Of a DNA stretch of 64,000 bases, positions 1 through 12,655 are shown one piece after another. The stretch's first letter is position 1, and each line of letters starts with the position of its first letter. Under the pieces are notes generated by a model. The model was not told where the DNA came from, made no database searches, and saw nothing but the letters and a program-made list of their open reading frames with translations. This DNA is from Octopus sinensis (taxonomy: Eukaryota), in the NCBI RefSeq assembly GCF_006345805.1, contig NC_043005.1, positions 81,840,001-81,904,000 of the forward strand, given 5' to 3'. The translations under genes were made by a program, and so were the position numbers.

Positions 1-27
1 AGATAGATAGATAGATAGATAGATAGA
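1..27. repeat. (AGAT)n microsatellite
   Basis: Direct tetranucleotide repeat at the window start. Confidence 0.95.
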
Positions 28-374
28 AACACAATTAGACAGACACTCTAATGAATCGTTATACGCATTTGGAGAATTTAAGATGAAATGTATCTGGCTT
101 TTAATTCCGTACAAAACAAATACTTTATGAATAAACCTAAAATAGAACAAAATGAAAAATAACTGCGTAGAACTTAAAATATATCACTACACGTATATCT
201 GAAACTGAATATCAGCTGTTTCTTTCTCCTCTTGTGAATGTTTCGCTAAGTTTAATTATATTATGTGAACCAGGCATTTAAAGCGAGAAACACAAAATTA
301 TAAAAAAAAAATGCATCTTAATAGCTGTAATATCACTTGAAATGCGAAGATTTAATGGATCGCTATAGAGTTTA

Positions 375-587
375 CTATACATACATATAAATAGACACAG
401 ACACACGCATGCACGCATGCGAGCGCGCGCACACACTGCCAAGCACACATGCACACATACACACGCACTCACACACACACAACTATTATGCTATGCTGAA
501 AGACTCGAAATAGCGATTCCTCTCCCGTGCACACACTGTTGATATATACATGTGCATATACCCTCTCTCTCACTCTCTCTCTCTCTG

Positions 588-641
<54 letters not shown>

Positions 642-910
642 CATATATATATATTACATATAGACATATATCTGTCTATATACATGGGTGTGTGCGTATT
701 AATATACATATATCTCTATATGTTTATATACATTTAACGTATATATATATATAATACATATATATATAATTACATAAATACATACATATATGCATATACG
801 CATATATGTGCATATATGTATGTATTTATATTACGTATATATATATGTCTATATATTTCGTGTGTATGTGTGCGCATGTGTATGCCTCTATGTGTGTGTG
901 TGTGTTTTTG
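375..910. repeat. Mosaic (CA)n/(CT)n/(TA)n/(TG)n low-complexity tract
   Basis: Dinucleotide runs; the overlapping ORFs are IY/VC artefacts. Confidence 0.9.
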
Positions 911-1199
911 GATTTCTATATAGGAAAGAACTATCTGAATATTGAAAATTACATACAAAGACCCATCCTAGGCGCGGAATATTTTTAAAAGCTAATCGTT
1001 ACCTTCAGTTTTCCCCATTTCGATATTACCGTGCTACCGATATCGCTAAACAGAAAGGGATGGCTAATAATTCTTGGACCCACGATATTGCAATCCTTGT
1101 CGTAAGAATGAAAATATATAGATAGTAAGCTACAAATCCCACTGTTACTCTAAAGTTTCCGCAAATTTATTATCTTGGGCTGGCATTTTCCTTACGGAC

Positions 1200-1607
1200 C
1201 CCGACATATGAAAAACAATATTCGTAGCTGATGAATCTGAACGTAGGGCAGTCGTTGACTGATCCAACACATGAATCCACAAATTCATATTTTCAGCCAT
1301 TTTCAAATTGGCAGCGCCACAGCAGACGCACTACAATCAAATACCTCGAGAGTATGACTATGTGAAACACTGAATAACCATACAGGGAAATCATTATTGA
1401 TTTACCACGCACGTAACCTTTGTAACATACGAGGACCAAGCTGGTGTCTTCTACAAAAGCGGTCTCCAGAGCTGCATCTAACGATGGGAGAAATGCGTAA
1501 CTTTGGGTGGTTTCTCTGTAGAAAAAGATTAACAACTGTGCCAAATTTCGTTGCTCTACTGCTATGGGGAGTGGGTCAGGGGCATTACTTATTGAACGCC
1601 CCTCGTA
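1200..1607 (-). mobile_element. 5' end of a decayed mariner-like DNA transposon (left TIR plus leader)
   Basis: Minus strand begins TA-CGAGGGGCGTTCAATAAGTAATGC, a mariner-type TIR with TA target at 1606-1607; followed by a GGCGCTGCCAATTTGAAAATGG leader near 1300. Confidence 0.6.
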
Positions 1608-1826
1608 TATCATGCAGTATCTTTCCAACACTTGACACCATCATTGTTGCTTCCTTCGCTTACCTCCTTTTGAACTATGTTATCATACCGAGCCATTTCT
1701 TGCATTATGCTTGTGGATATGCCTAGATGTTGTTGAATCTCTACGTGTGAACGTGCATGTGTGTGTCTGTGTGTGCACAATAATGATAAATGATTTACGA
1801 ATATGCCTATATGTACCTCATTCAGG

Positions 1827-1827
<1 letters not shown>

Positions 1828-1864
<37 letters not shown>

Positions 1865-1891
1865 TGGGGAGAGATAAAAGAGAGAGAGAGA
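1828..1891. repeat. (GA)n microsatellite
   Basis: Direct repeat. Confidence 0.9.
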
Positions 1892-1999
1892 GTGATCGAA
1901 TGAGACAGATTGAAAGTGAACTTGTGCACTGAACTTAATCTCTGATCTCTCCAATATATCGAAGGCAATCTTAGAAACCAAGTTTCATTATCAACTTGA

Positions 2000-3184
2000 T
2001 TTTTATCATTAGATATTCTTTAAAAATATATTATATTTCAATTCATTGTAATATAGAACGTTCGTAGTCATACCAATATCATTCTGATCGTCTGTTGTTT
2101 CAGATATCGAATGCAAAAATCTATTTAATTTTTGTATACTTCCTTTCACTAACATTATCACACTTCTCTTGTAATCTATTGTTAGAGTTATATCAAATAC
2201 ATTCACAAGTACTTCAACTATAGAGATGAGATCGAATTATCAATAGAATTTCCTGTTTATCCTACTTCTTGGTGGCTTACAAAAATCACAGTAGTACCAT
2301 TTATATGTAAGAATTGGTCGATATCTGTTTATGTGTTACATACATCGTATACAATGCCATTTTCTTCAGTATTATAATTCTACTTAAGGTTACAACAAAA
2401 GTGTGTAATTCTGATCACGTCGATGGGTTGCAACCTTTAGTAGTATTTCTATAATTATAGTCACTTGGAAAGTATTATATTCCATGCCTTCGACATCTAA
2501 ATCTATCAAGAAATGTGGACTCGAGGAGTTAGTCAAAGCGTTTAGAAATATGTATGCATTCTATTGAGAACCCTTTCATAAGCATTAATTCTCAGTTGAA
2601 CTGGATCAATAAATTTCTTGTTATCTTTACTTGTATTAATGTGTGATTTGTCAGAGACTTGACTTAATAAGCCGACGTTTGATGATCAACGGAAAGGAAA
2701 ATAAGTGCTATTAATGTACAGAAGATAACAAAGGCGGTGAGGTACTCCCTGTAAAAAAATGAGTCAGACGGAACATAGCAAGTCAACGAGAGAACTTCAT
2801 ATTACATTCGTTGTTCAGAGCGACGAACTGTTCCGGTCACAATTACACTGAGATGGATTAAAGTTTTCAAAATGGAAAAAACAACAAATTAACACAGAGA
2901 GAATTAAACTCATGTCGACCATTCAGGATTTGTAAAATTAAGAAAATTCCAGTGCAAAATCAAAATTTCTTTGATTTGAATTTTTAAATGTTATCTAATC
3001 AAAGACGTCGAGAAAGGAATATTTTTTGCTGTTATAATTTAATAACAATGTTTCATTAGAGATTATTTGACGGGGGTCATAATGCATTTTTGTAATAATG
3101 TGGAGGAGTGAGATGTTAGTAGAAGGAAGCAAAAGAAACAAAGAAAAACAGAGGAGGGGGAAATATCTAAAAATAAATGAAAGG

Positions 3185-3228
<44 letters not shown>

Positions 3229-4020
3229 TACCATACGTTGGACGGGTGATAATTCAATAGAAATATTTTATTGGCTGTAAAACGTCCAACTTTTTCGGCT
3301 ACACATTAAAATTCAGTCCCTGGAGGATTCTTGTCATATTTTAGAAATTCATTCCCTTTTGGTTCTGTACCAATAGTATACAAAATATGTTTCCCTTTTC
3401 TTTTTGAAAATAACTACCCACTTCCATGTATCAACATGAATGTTTGAGAAATAAGAACAAAATTCAGTTTATGACAGCCGATAAATTGGTAGTTTCGACT
3501 ACATTCGTTAGTTTTAACCAGTAGCAATCTTTCTTACATATTGTGTAGAAGATATTTTGTTAGGGCGAACAATGTTTTTTCAAAACTTGGCCCTGTAAGT
3601 ATGCCAAAATGCCGGTTTAATTGTCAACGACATTTGGGATCATCTATAACATTCTCATTTCATATCACACCAGATCGATTTTCATTTGTCCTTGTGCCAC
3701 TAATATAATCTACCAGCCCTGTAGATTCGACCTTGTTACGAATTAAAAGAAAAGGATCATCGATGCACTATTGACATTAATATTGGTATTGTGCTTTAAT
3801 CTTTTTTGTTACAAGGGACAATCACATTTCTTTTCAGTAACCACTAATCAATTTCTTCTGACATGGATGTGTTACTAATATTGCTCCCTCGTCTCCTGAG
3901 ATGGGAGATGAAGCGATCGATATGAGTCCATATATTCTTCGTAGCTTTCTTTCTCTCTTCTCATTGCCAAATTCTTACTCATTGCAATTTAGATGTCGTT
4001 GTTGATTTACACATTTTCGA
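2000..4020 (-). pseudogene. Possible highly decayed LINE reverse-transcriptase remnant (CR1/L2/Jockey group)
   Basis: Minus-strand fragments in the expected order: WLLKRNVIVPCNKKD..PILMSIV (~3830), GVP..LCYLLYIN (~2750), LKYL*MY..DITLT (~2200); many stops and frameshifts, interrupted by (GA)n. Confidence 0.3.
3188..3226. repeat. (GA)n microsatellite
   Basis: Direct repeat. Confidence 0.9.
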
Positions 4021-4952
4021 CTTCGCATGATTCCTGTATAACATTTGATTATAATATGTCATTTCATTTGCTCTGCTTATTATTACGGAAAAGCATCTTT
4101 CAGAGTTTAAGCCTTATAATTTAATGCTGATTATAATAACAGCATTGAACATTAGTATAGTGCTGGTCTTACTGAGCATTTAGGCTTTATCTTCAAATTA
4201 TACTGGATTCGATTTTGCCTTTTGTACTTTTCTGAAGGAAACAAGGATCATTAATTCACTGCAATCCAGTCAATCGACTACACCCCTTCAATAAATGTTA
4301 ACTTGCGTAGTTACTAGAAACCAGTATTCTTATTGGAATTAATGATAATTAGCATTGTTATCTTCAGAGTAATTGCGGAAACAGTAGAGAGATGCATCGA
4401 ATCTCTAAGGCTCTCTATTTCTCCGTTTAAGAAATATCAAAATCTTTCTGTATCCTTATACCTGATCCCTTGTGTGTGTGTGTGTGTGTGTGTGTGTACG
4501 TATGTACATGTGCGCTGTGCGTGGGCATGTGTGCGTATGTGTGTGGAAAGACGTAATAAATCCATATCCATCGCTTTATCGTAGCATATTTAGGCAGCTT
4601 CTAGCATTTTCGCACCTCTTGGTGTATTGTAAAGTGCTAACACAGTTGTAATAGGTGTATCTCATACTTGTTTCAACCATTGGAGAGTGGCCATACAGGG
4701 CAGGTTCTTGGAGGGGCTCCTCAAATAAGTCTACACCGTTACTCAATTTTGATCTCTCTCAAATTTATCGATGTCATTTACCGGACCGTGAAGTTAAAGG
4801 GGCATAAAGAATTCAACATTTGTGAAGCAATGATGGGAGACAAAGACGTGACACACACACACGTAACTTTATACATGTATGAGTGGCTGTGTGGTAAGTA
4901 GCTTGTTCACCAACCACATGGTTCCGAGTTCAGTCCTACTGAATATATATAA

Positions 4953-5212
4953 GCCTAGTAATTACTCTATCGGACATAAGCACACCACCATCGGTTGTCT
5001 AGCGATGGTAGCGGGGGGGGGGGGGCAAACAGACACACAAACATATACATATATACATATTTATACAACGGGCTTCTTTCAGTTTCCGTCTACTAAATCC
5101 ACTCGCAAGACTTTGGTCGGCGCGAAGCTATTGTAGAAGACACTTGTCCAAGTTGCCACACACTTGTCAAAGGTGGCATGTGGTTGGTAAGCATGCTACT
5201 TACCCCACAGCT
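4953..5212 (-). mobile_element. tRNA-headed SINE family B, partial; a + strand head fragment lies at 4882-4942
   Basis: Shares the GACCAAAG..GTAGACGGAAACTGAAAGAAGCCCGT and CAACCGATG blocks with the copies at 22003-22390 and 47293-47672. Confidence 0.8.
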
Positions 5213-5217
5213 GGTGA

Positions 5218-5447
<230 letters not shown>

Positions 5448-5544
5448 TAATGTAATATTTTGAATTCGCCTAAAATGGTCCCTTTACATACTGAATACTT
5501 GGTGAAATTGGTTAATAATTAATTAATTTTACCCTCAATTGTTG

Positions 5545-5612
<68 letters not shown>

Positions 5613-6100
5613 AGCGTGTGTGTGTGTGTGATCAGCACATTGTAAAGGTTCTACCGAGCCTAGAGGCTCATGGATGCAAAGGGATCTTCTGAAGCATACA
5701 GCCATGTCTATGCTAATTCTGATATCTGGTCTCGATTTTTAAACTCCACTGAAAGAAATTCAATAGATCTAACCATTTGAGTTCTATTTAAACAGTCATT
5801 AATCTTTGATATATGCACATATTCAACCAGAATAAATTCTAGGATTAAAACTAGCAAATTTATAATCAATAATCCAGAAGTATTATATCTGGAATAGAAG
5901 GAAAATATCAACATGATAAACCCAGAATGGAACGTAATTTAAATATTCATACAGACAGGTACTTCATTCTTAAGCATTTGTTTATACATTTGTTTTAAAA
6001 TGCTCTAACATATTATGATTTTATGTATTTGTGTTTAAGTCTTCTATTCTGCAATTAGTTTGCTGATTTAATGTGCTCTAGTATATTATTATACAGTTTT

Positions 6101-6305
6101 AAGGCGGCGAGCTGGTAGAAACGTTAGCACGCCGGGCGAAATGCTTAGCAGTATTTCGTCTGTCGTTACTTTCTGAGTTCAAATTCCGCCAAGGTCAACT
6201 TTGCCTTTCATCCTTCCGAGGTCGATAAATTAAGTACCAGTGCGTACTGGAGTCGATCTAATCGACTGGCCTCCTCCCACAAAAGTTCGAGCCTTGTCTC
6301 TAGAA
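6101..6305 (+). mobile_element. SINE family A, near full length
   Basis: AAGGCGGCGAGCTGG head, B-box-like GAGTTCAAATTCC, conserved CTTTGCCTTTCATCC..GGTCGAT body. Confidence 0.85.
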
Positions 6306-6340
6306 TGTGATACTCTTCAAGTGTTGTAATATATTGATTT

Positions 6341-6546
6341 CAAATTTTGGCACATGGCCAATAATTTCAGGGAGAGGTTTAAGTCAATGACATCGCCTCC
6401 AGTGCTCAACTGGTACATGTTTTATCCAGCGTGAAAGTATAAAAGGCACAGTCGACCTTGGTGGCATTTGAACATATAACATAAAGACGGACGAAATCCT
6501 GCTAACACCCCGCCCTGTTTAACAATTCTGCTTGCTCGATGCGTTA
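6341..6546 (-). mobile_element. SINE family A, diverged, antisense
   Basis: Reverse complement of the family A body and CCTTGTGCCAAAATTTG-type tail. Confidence 0.75.
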
Positions 6547-6576
6547 AAGAGTTGTAAACTATCATACTGGTATGTG

Positions 6577-7022
6577 AGGCGTCGAGCTGGCAAAATCGTT
6601 ACCGCGCCGGGCACAGTGTTTAGCCGCATTTCGTCTGTCTCGTGCTTTGAGTCTAAATCTCACCGAAGGTCGACTTTGCCTTTCATCCTTTCGGAGGCGA
6701 TAAAATAAATACCAATTTAACACTGGGTGGGGCTAATTGACAACCCGCTTCCCTCGAGAATACTGGCCTTGTGTCAAAATTTGAAATCGATATAGTCCAC
6801 TATATCAAGGTTGAGAGTTGGCAGAATCGTTAGCAGGCATGGCAAAATGCTTACTGGCGTTTCGTCTGACCTTACGTTCTCAGTTCAAATTTCACCAAGG
6901 TCGACTTTGCCTTTTATCCTTTGGAGTCGAAAGAATGTGTACCTATTGAACAGTGGAATCGATGTAATCGACTTACTCCCATTTCTGCTTTTGTTGGCAT
7001 TGTGCCTAAATTTGAAACCAAT
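6577..7022 (+). mobile_element. Two head-to-tail SINE family A copies (6577-6790, 6807-7022)
   Basis: Two successive heads and bodies, each ending in a ..AAATTTGAAA tail. Confidence 0.8.
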
Positions 7023-7199
7023 ATAAGCCACTGAATTTTGGGTGGGGGCTACAAGCTGATTAAGCTGGTTACCTAGTTTCCATGGTATGTAAGTGACAGA
7101 GTTCAGAACACCCTCCGAGAAAAGGATGCCAGACCGTTGGTGAGTTCAAGGCAAGCAAATTTGAGTGGAGGTTTCAAGTTGATTACAATGCATCGAAAT

Positions 7200-7305
7200 G
7201 AGGGAAAGCAAAGCAGAACACAGCGGAATTTGAACTCAGAACGTAAAGATCCGGCTGAATGCAAATGGCGTTTGGTATTTTCTCCAACGTGCTAATGACT
7301 GACAA
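7200..7305 (-). mobile_element. SINE family A head fragment
   Basis: GCGGAATTTGAACTCAGAACGTAA motif. Confidence 0.65.
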
Positions 7306-7592
7306 CTCTCTGCATTTCTTTTGTTGTATACAATAATATTATTCAATATCAATAAATCTAATTGTATTGATTTGAACTGTCATTAATTTATTCATATATT
7401 CACATATTCGTACTGAATAATATTTGAGACAAAGACAAGTAAGTTAATTATCGACAATTACAATATTTATATCTACAAATCATTCTCGTTTCTAATAATT
7501 TTATTAGATTGTTGAAATATCATCAATATCTTCACTGAGAGAAATCAGTACAAAAGTAGCAAAGAAGTGACGAATTCCAAACTTGCGAGTAT

Positions 7593-7776
7593 TACAGTTC
7601 TATATTTAAGAGATGAGGAATTATGTACATTATTTACATTATTTACAATTGATGGTTATTTGTCCTCCTCTTGTTTGTTACTAACACAAAGTTTCGGCTG
7701 ATATACCCTCCAGCCTTCATCAGGTGTCTTGAAAAAATTTCGAACGTGGGTTCTAATTCTTAAGCTATTTGTCGAT
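7593..7776 (-). mobile_element. Inverted copy of the body and 3' end of the hammerhead-bearing SINE-like element
   Basis: 7681-7776 is the reverse complement of 7891-7987, including an exact CAGGTGTC/GACACCTG..CAGCCGAAAC block. Confidence 0.8.
7683..7728 (-). ncRNA. Minimal type I (Penelope-like) hammerhead ribozyme motif, stem III mutated
   Basis: GACAC-CUGAUGA-A-GGCUG(GAGGGUAUAU)CAGCC-GAAA-CUUU-GUGUU; stem I GACAC/GUGUU; ACGU palindrome changed to ACUU. Confidence 0.65.
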
Positions 7777-7990
7777 ATAGCGTAGGGATTAAGAGCGCGG
7801 GCTATTAAACCCAAGATTCCGAGTTCGATTCCAGGCAGTGACCTGAATAATACTAGTAACAACAATAATAATAATAATAATAATAATAACATCGAAAAAT
7901 ACCTTAGAAATGAGGACCCAGATTCCAAATTTCCCTAAGACACCTGATGAAGGCTGGAGGGTATATCAGCCGAAACGTTGTGCTAACGAA
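7775..7990 (+). mobile_element. tRNA-headed SINE-like unit: Pol III head, (AAT)n linker, hammerhead-bearing body
   Basis: A-box-like TAGCGTAGGGA (7778-7788), B-box GAGTTCGATTCC (7821-7832), (AAT)n ~7845-7889, then body with hammerhead. Confidence 0.75.
7939..7984 (+). ncRNA. Minimal type I (Penelope-like) hammerhead ribozyme motif
   Basis: GACAC-CUGAUGA-A-GGCUG(GAGGGUAUAU)CAGCC-GAAA-CGUU-GUGCU; intact core, 5-bp stem II, palindromic ACGU, GUU cleavage triplet, one mismatch in stem I. Confidence 0.75.
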
Positions 7991-8374
7991 GAGCCCTCCG
8001 ACTACAACAAGACCACCAAATTTTTTTTTTCGAAGGTCTGGGATCTCCCATCACATAATTACCCTTATTCGTCTTGCTGCTTAACAACAACAACAACTTA
8101 TCTGAATACGTCTATTCTAGGAAGTAGAGGACAGTGCAAGTTGCTCTGCCTACTTCTATCCGACTACATCGTACATAAGAAAGAGAGAATTAGTCCGATT
8201 ACTTACTACGTCAATTTCAAGTCGCAATGCAAAGTGCAGGGACGATAAACGCATGTCCTATTTGTTCGACGCACTGCTTATTCAGCCCACTGAGACAGCA
8301 AGCCGGCTAAATCATTCACACGCCGTAATACATACTCAGTAGCATTTCGCCGATCTTTATGTTCCGAGATCATC

Positions 8375-8793
8375 TGTTTCTTTATTACCCACAAGGGGCT
8401 AAACATAGATGGGACAAACAAGGACAGACAAACGGATTAAGTCGATTACATCGACCCCAGTGCGTAACTGGTACTTAATTTGTCGACCCCGAAACGAAGA
8501 AAGGCAAGGTCGACCTCGGCGGAATTTGAACTCAGAACGTAACAGCAGACGAAATACTTATTTCTTCACTACCCACAAGGGGCAAAACACAGACAGGACA
8601 AATAAGGAGAGACAAACGGATTAAGTCGATTACATCGACCACAGTGCGTAACTGGTACTTAATTTATCGACCCCGAAAGGATGAAAGGCAAAGTCGACCT
8701 CGGCGGAATATGATCTCAGAACATAACGGCAGACGAAATACGGTTACGCATTTCACCTGGCGTGTTAACGGTTCTGCCGTCTCGCCGCCTTAC
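8375..8793 (-). mobile_element. Young SINE family A dimer inserted antisense into an older + strand family A copy
   Basis: Two tandem copies (8379-8556, 8557-8791) flanked by a 14-bp direct repeat GTTCCGAGATCATC (8361-8374, 8794-8807). Confidence 0.85.
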
Positions 8794-9976
8794 GTTCCGA
8801 GATCATCATTACTTGTCATATATTCGGGGTCGATAAAATAACTACCAATCAATTATTGGATTCGATGTATCGATTTGCGCCACTCTTCAGAATTGCTGAC
8901 CGTGTACCAAACTTAGAAAGTTTTATTCCACTTACTACACAACCAATTTAAATCCCTTCCTTCGAGGATTTAAACAAAAGTTAGTTTTTGTATAATTCAT
9001 TACAAAATAAGGGGATTTTTCTGGGGTACAAACGTAATCTAATGTCGCATTCAATGATATTTCATTTAATAAACACATTCCGCAGAAATAGTCTTATTAA
9101 GATACATAATGGAATTTAATACATTTCGCAGCTTCAAATAGACAATAACTATCATTAGAGATTATCGTGGCAAAAATAATAATGATTTCTGACAACGACA
9201 CGGTTGCAAATCATGCTTGCCTTATAATCGATGATATTGGCAACATTATGTTGCTGATTGATCCCGAAAGAGGAAAAGAGGGAAGGATAAGATTAGTTCG
9301 ACGGAATTTGAATGAAGAAATTAAAGCAATATTTCTAAAGTTATCACGGCATTGCTGCACTTATCGTACTATCGAACGTGTTAGAAGTTTTAATGACATT
9401 TAACAGATATCGAAGAGCAGAAGATGACCAGATCGACTGCGGTAAGCGAGCTAACGAAGTCAAATTGCTTGGCGGAATTTCTTCCGTCTGTTTACGTTCT
9501 AATTTCAAATCATGCCGAGGTCAAATTTGAATTTTCATGCCTTGAGATCGAAACAATAAAGTTCAAGTCAAGCATTGGAATAGATGTGATCAACTTAAAA
9601 CATCACCCACGTTGCCACTCAAAAAAGATTGACCTTGAATGCTATTGCACACCGGCGTCCTTTTAAAGCGCAATGTAAAGCTAATGGTAATTTATATGTC
9701 ACAGCAACCGGTTAAATAGTCTTATGAGCCCTAGGGGACGAGAGTACTTAAAACAAACGTAGTGGAAGATAAACTCGTCTTCAGCAATATTTGATCGCAG
9801 CAGGATACATTTAAAACTAAATAAGTGAAAAGATTTATTCACATGTTTTATCGAATCTTCCTTTCATGACACGCAACACTAAAACCCTCAACAGATGTTA
9901 TCTGCATATGTATATGTATGCACAAACACACACATGCATCTATGCATGTACAAATTATCATTTCTACTATAGACTC

Positions 9977-10203
9977 GTAGTGGCACGTGGCCTAGTGGTT
10001 TAGAGCAGCAGACTCGCGGTCGAGAGATCGCGGGTTTGAATCTCAGACCGGGCGATGTGTGTATTTATGAGCGAAACACCTAAGCCCCAGGCGGCTCCGG
10101 CAGAAGGCAATAGCGAACTTCTGCTGACTCTTTCGCTACAACTTTCTCTCACTCTTTCCTCCTGCATCCTGCATCTCACCTGCGATGGACCTTATGAGCC
10201 AGG
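9977..10203 (+). mobile_element. SINE family C, 3' truncated
   Basis: A-box TGGCCTAGTGG, B-box-like GGGTTTGAATCTC; homologous to 45496-45855. Confidence 0.8.
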
Positions 10204-10254
10204 TTTCACTCGAGAAGGAACAAACAACTAAAGACACAAGGCCGGAAATTATGG

Positions 10255-10410
10255 CAGAATGTCTAGTCGCTTTTATAGATCACAGTGCTTGACTGGTAAT
10301 TATTTTATGAAAGGCTAAGACCACCGCGGTGGAATTTAACTCAGAATGAAAGAACGACCAAATGCCGTTAAGAAATTTGTGCGGCATACTAACGAATATA
10401 GCATTCGTCG
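10255..10410 (-). mobile_element. SINE family A, diverged fragment
   Basis: GGTGGAATTTAACTCAGAA and CACAAGGCC blocks. Confidence 0.55.
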
Positions 10411-10829
10411 CTAATTCATACAGATCAGTTGAAAAAACCCCACTGAATACTCATTTTTATAATAGACGGAGATCCCTTATGTTTATGTATGCGCATATTT
10501 GTGTACATGTGTATGTGCACATGCATGTGAGTGCGTGTTTGTGTGCGTCTTTTCGTGTGCATGCGTGTATATGTGTATGTATTTGTGTGCATGTATATAT
10601 GTGTGTGTAGCCTTTTTTGCATGAATTTGCAACGACTCTCCAAATTATTTGACCATTCTAAATTTAAAATATTCTTGGGCGATTTTGATGCTCAAACACT
10701 ATCGATCTCTCTCTTCCGTCTCTCATTTCCCATATCACCCTAATCAATCAATGTATTGATTTCGATGATATAAAAATATTTTATGCGTGCCACACTTAAA
10801 TAGCTTTCTAGGTGCGTAGAGGTTTCCTG

Positions 10830-11470
10830 TTTGTCTCTCGCGCTCTCCCTGTAGTTACAGCTTCTCATCGCTCTTCCCTTCTTTACCAGAACATCACTGT
10901 TGCTTTTGTTTAGCTTCTAACTTTGACTCTTTTTACCTTCAAGCAGTAATTCTTGTTTCAATACTCCCCTACTCACGTTCGTTCATCTCCCATCACTCTG
11001 TTCAGACCTTCCTACACCACTACTCCCAGTATAGACACTCCATCATTTCTCCGCTTCAATTCTTTCATCATTTAATTGCCAACGACCAAAGCAACAACTT
11101 GACTTTCTCTTTCCCTCCCTCGCTTTCTGAATCTATTTATTTCCCTGTCGCTCTCTCACTCTCCCCTCAGTCTCTTTCTTTCCCGTCTTTATCAATCTAA
11201 GATGAATAGAAAAGATCCTTAATTTAATTGCCATCAACCAAAGTAACCACATCAACATCTCTCCCTTTCTCACTCTCAGATGAATGGAAATTTAATTGCC
11301 ATGAACAAAGCAGTATCATTTCCCTCCCTAACTTACACATTCTCTCTCTCCCTCTCTGTCTCTCTCTATCTGTTTTTCTATGTCTTTCTCTCTCTATCTC
11401 TGTCTGTCTCTCTCTTCAACAAGTCTAGCCCTCCAAATCTTTTTCCCACATTTTCTCTCTTACTCCGAGA
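10830..11470. repeat. CT-rich (polypyrimidine) low-complexity tract
   Basis: Strong C/T strand bias with (CT)n runs. Confidence 0.7.
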
Positions 11471-12357
11471 TGACGGAGAAGAGCCCCAAAATTTAGGATC
11501 TTCTCTCTTTACAACATTTGAACTTAATAACTTCTAACAAACTCTCATGTTCAATATAATTGATACTTTATTTAAAATCCTGAAAAGGTCCTAACTTACA
11601 CATTAATGTTCTCTAACATGCGAAAATAAATCAAATAAATTTCGCAGTATCTGCACTTCTGAACCTTATTTTTTGTGTCATATCTACAAGCCTCAACAAT
11701 CGTAGGCTATTATGACATATTCTTATACACACGCCCTAAACAAGCCTTTAAAGCCAGCCATAACTCTCTGTTGCTTTCCACCATAACTGCTTCTTTATTT
11801 CAGTTTCTCAAGGAGTTTTCTCTTCATGTGGAGTCCAAGGAACACATTTTTCTGTCTCCCTATGTTTCTGAAATTTTTCTGTTGTGTTTGCTCTTCTATC
11901 ATGGAAAATGACAAATGCAACTGTTTTTTGCCCTTTAATTCTGAAAGTTCAGCAACACAGTATTCCTTTGCTCTATTTTCTGAACAGAAATTCTCTGCGA
12001 ATCTCAGACTAATACGAGACCTCCACATGAAAAGTGATAAAATATTTTGCCCCCGCCCGATTTATTAATGACGAAATATATAATGCCGTCACAAAATTCT
12101 TCTTCCTACACCATGGCGTTGGGAAAGTTGGAGAAATGTATGAAATACGCTAACTGTGCGTTGACTTTTCAATCCTTGAAGGCACTCCCTGCGACAAACA
12201 CGTAACTTGCTAATCCAATGAACCATGGTTTTGTGGACGGTAAGGGATTTGGCTGCTACTTCATAAAAAAATGCCCACACTATCCATGACCAAATGCCCC
12301 TGATACAGAAAAAAACTATAGAAATTCAATTGATTTGTATCGCTACAAAAATTACCA

Positions 12358-12369
12358 AACAACAACAAC

Positions 12370-12412
<43 letters not shown>
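12358..12412. repeat. (AAC)n(AAT)n microsatellite
   Basis: Direct repeat. Confidence 0.9.
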
Positions 12413-12422
<10 letters not shown>

Positions 12423-12655
12423 CCTGGTACATAACGCTATCATTTATAATAAATGTCACGATTTTACGATATTTTGGCATAAATTTTCCTTGAAATCTAA
12501 ATTACTATATTTAACAGGCAGTGTTGTACAACTGCTGCAAGAGAAGATTATTTTCTACGCTAATATATTCGTTTGAAACATTTACTTTGATATTAAATAT
12601 TTACATATATAATTAAAAACGAATATTGTAAAAAACTTTACGGTGATGTACCAAG

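Noticed and set aside
1428-1607. Complete 180-bp MITE (TACGAGG...CCTCGTA)
   Set aside because: The left match is only 7 bp and mariner-like sequence continues past it toward 1200, so it is better read as a 5' fragment
7775-7843. Bona fide tRNA gene
   Set aside because: A and B boxes are present but there is no complete acceptor stem and it runs into a repeat body; the same applies to the heads at 9977, 45496 and 52400
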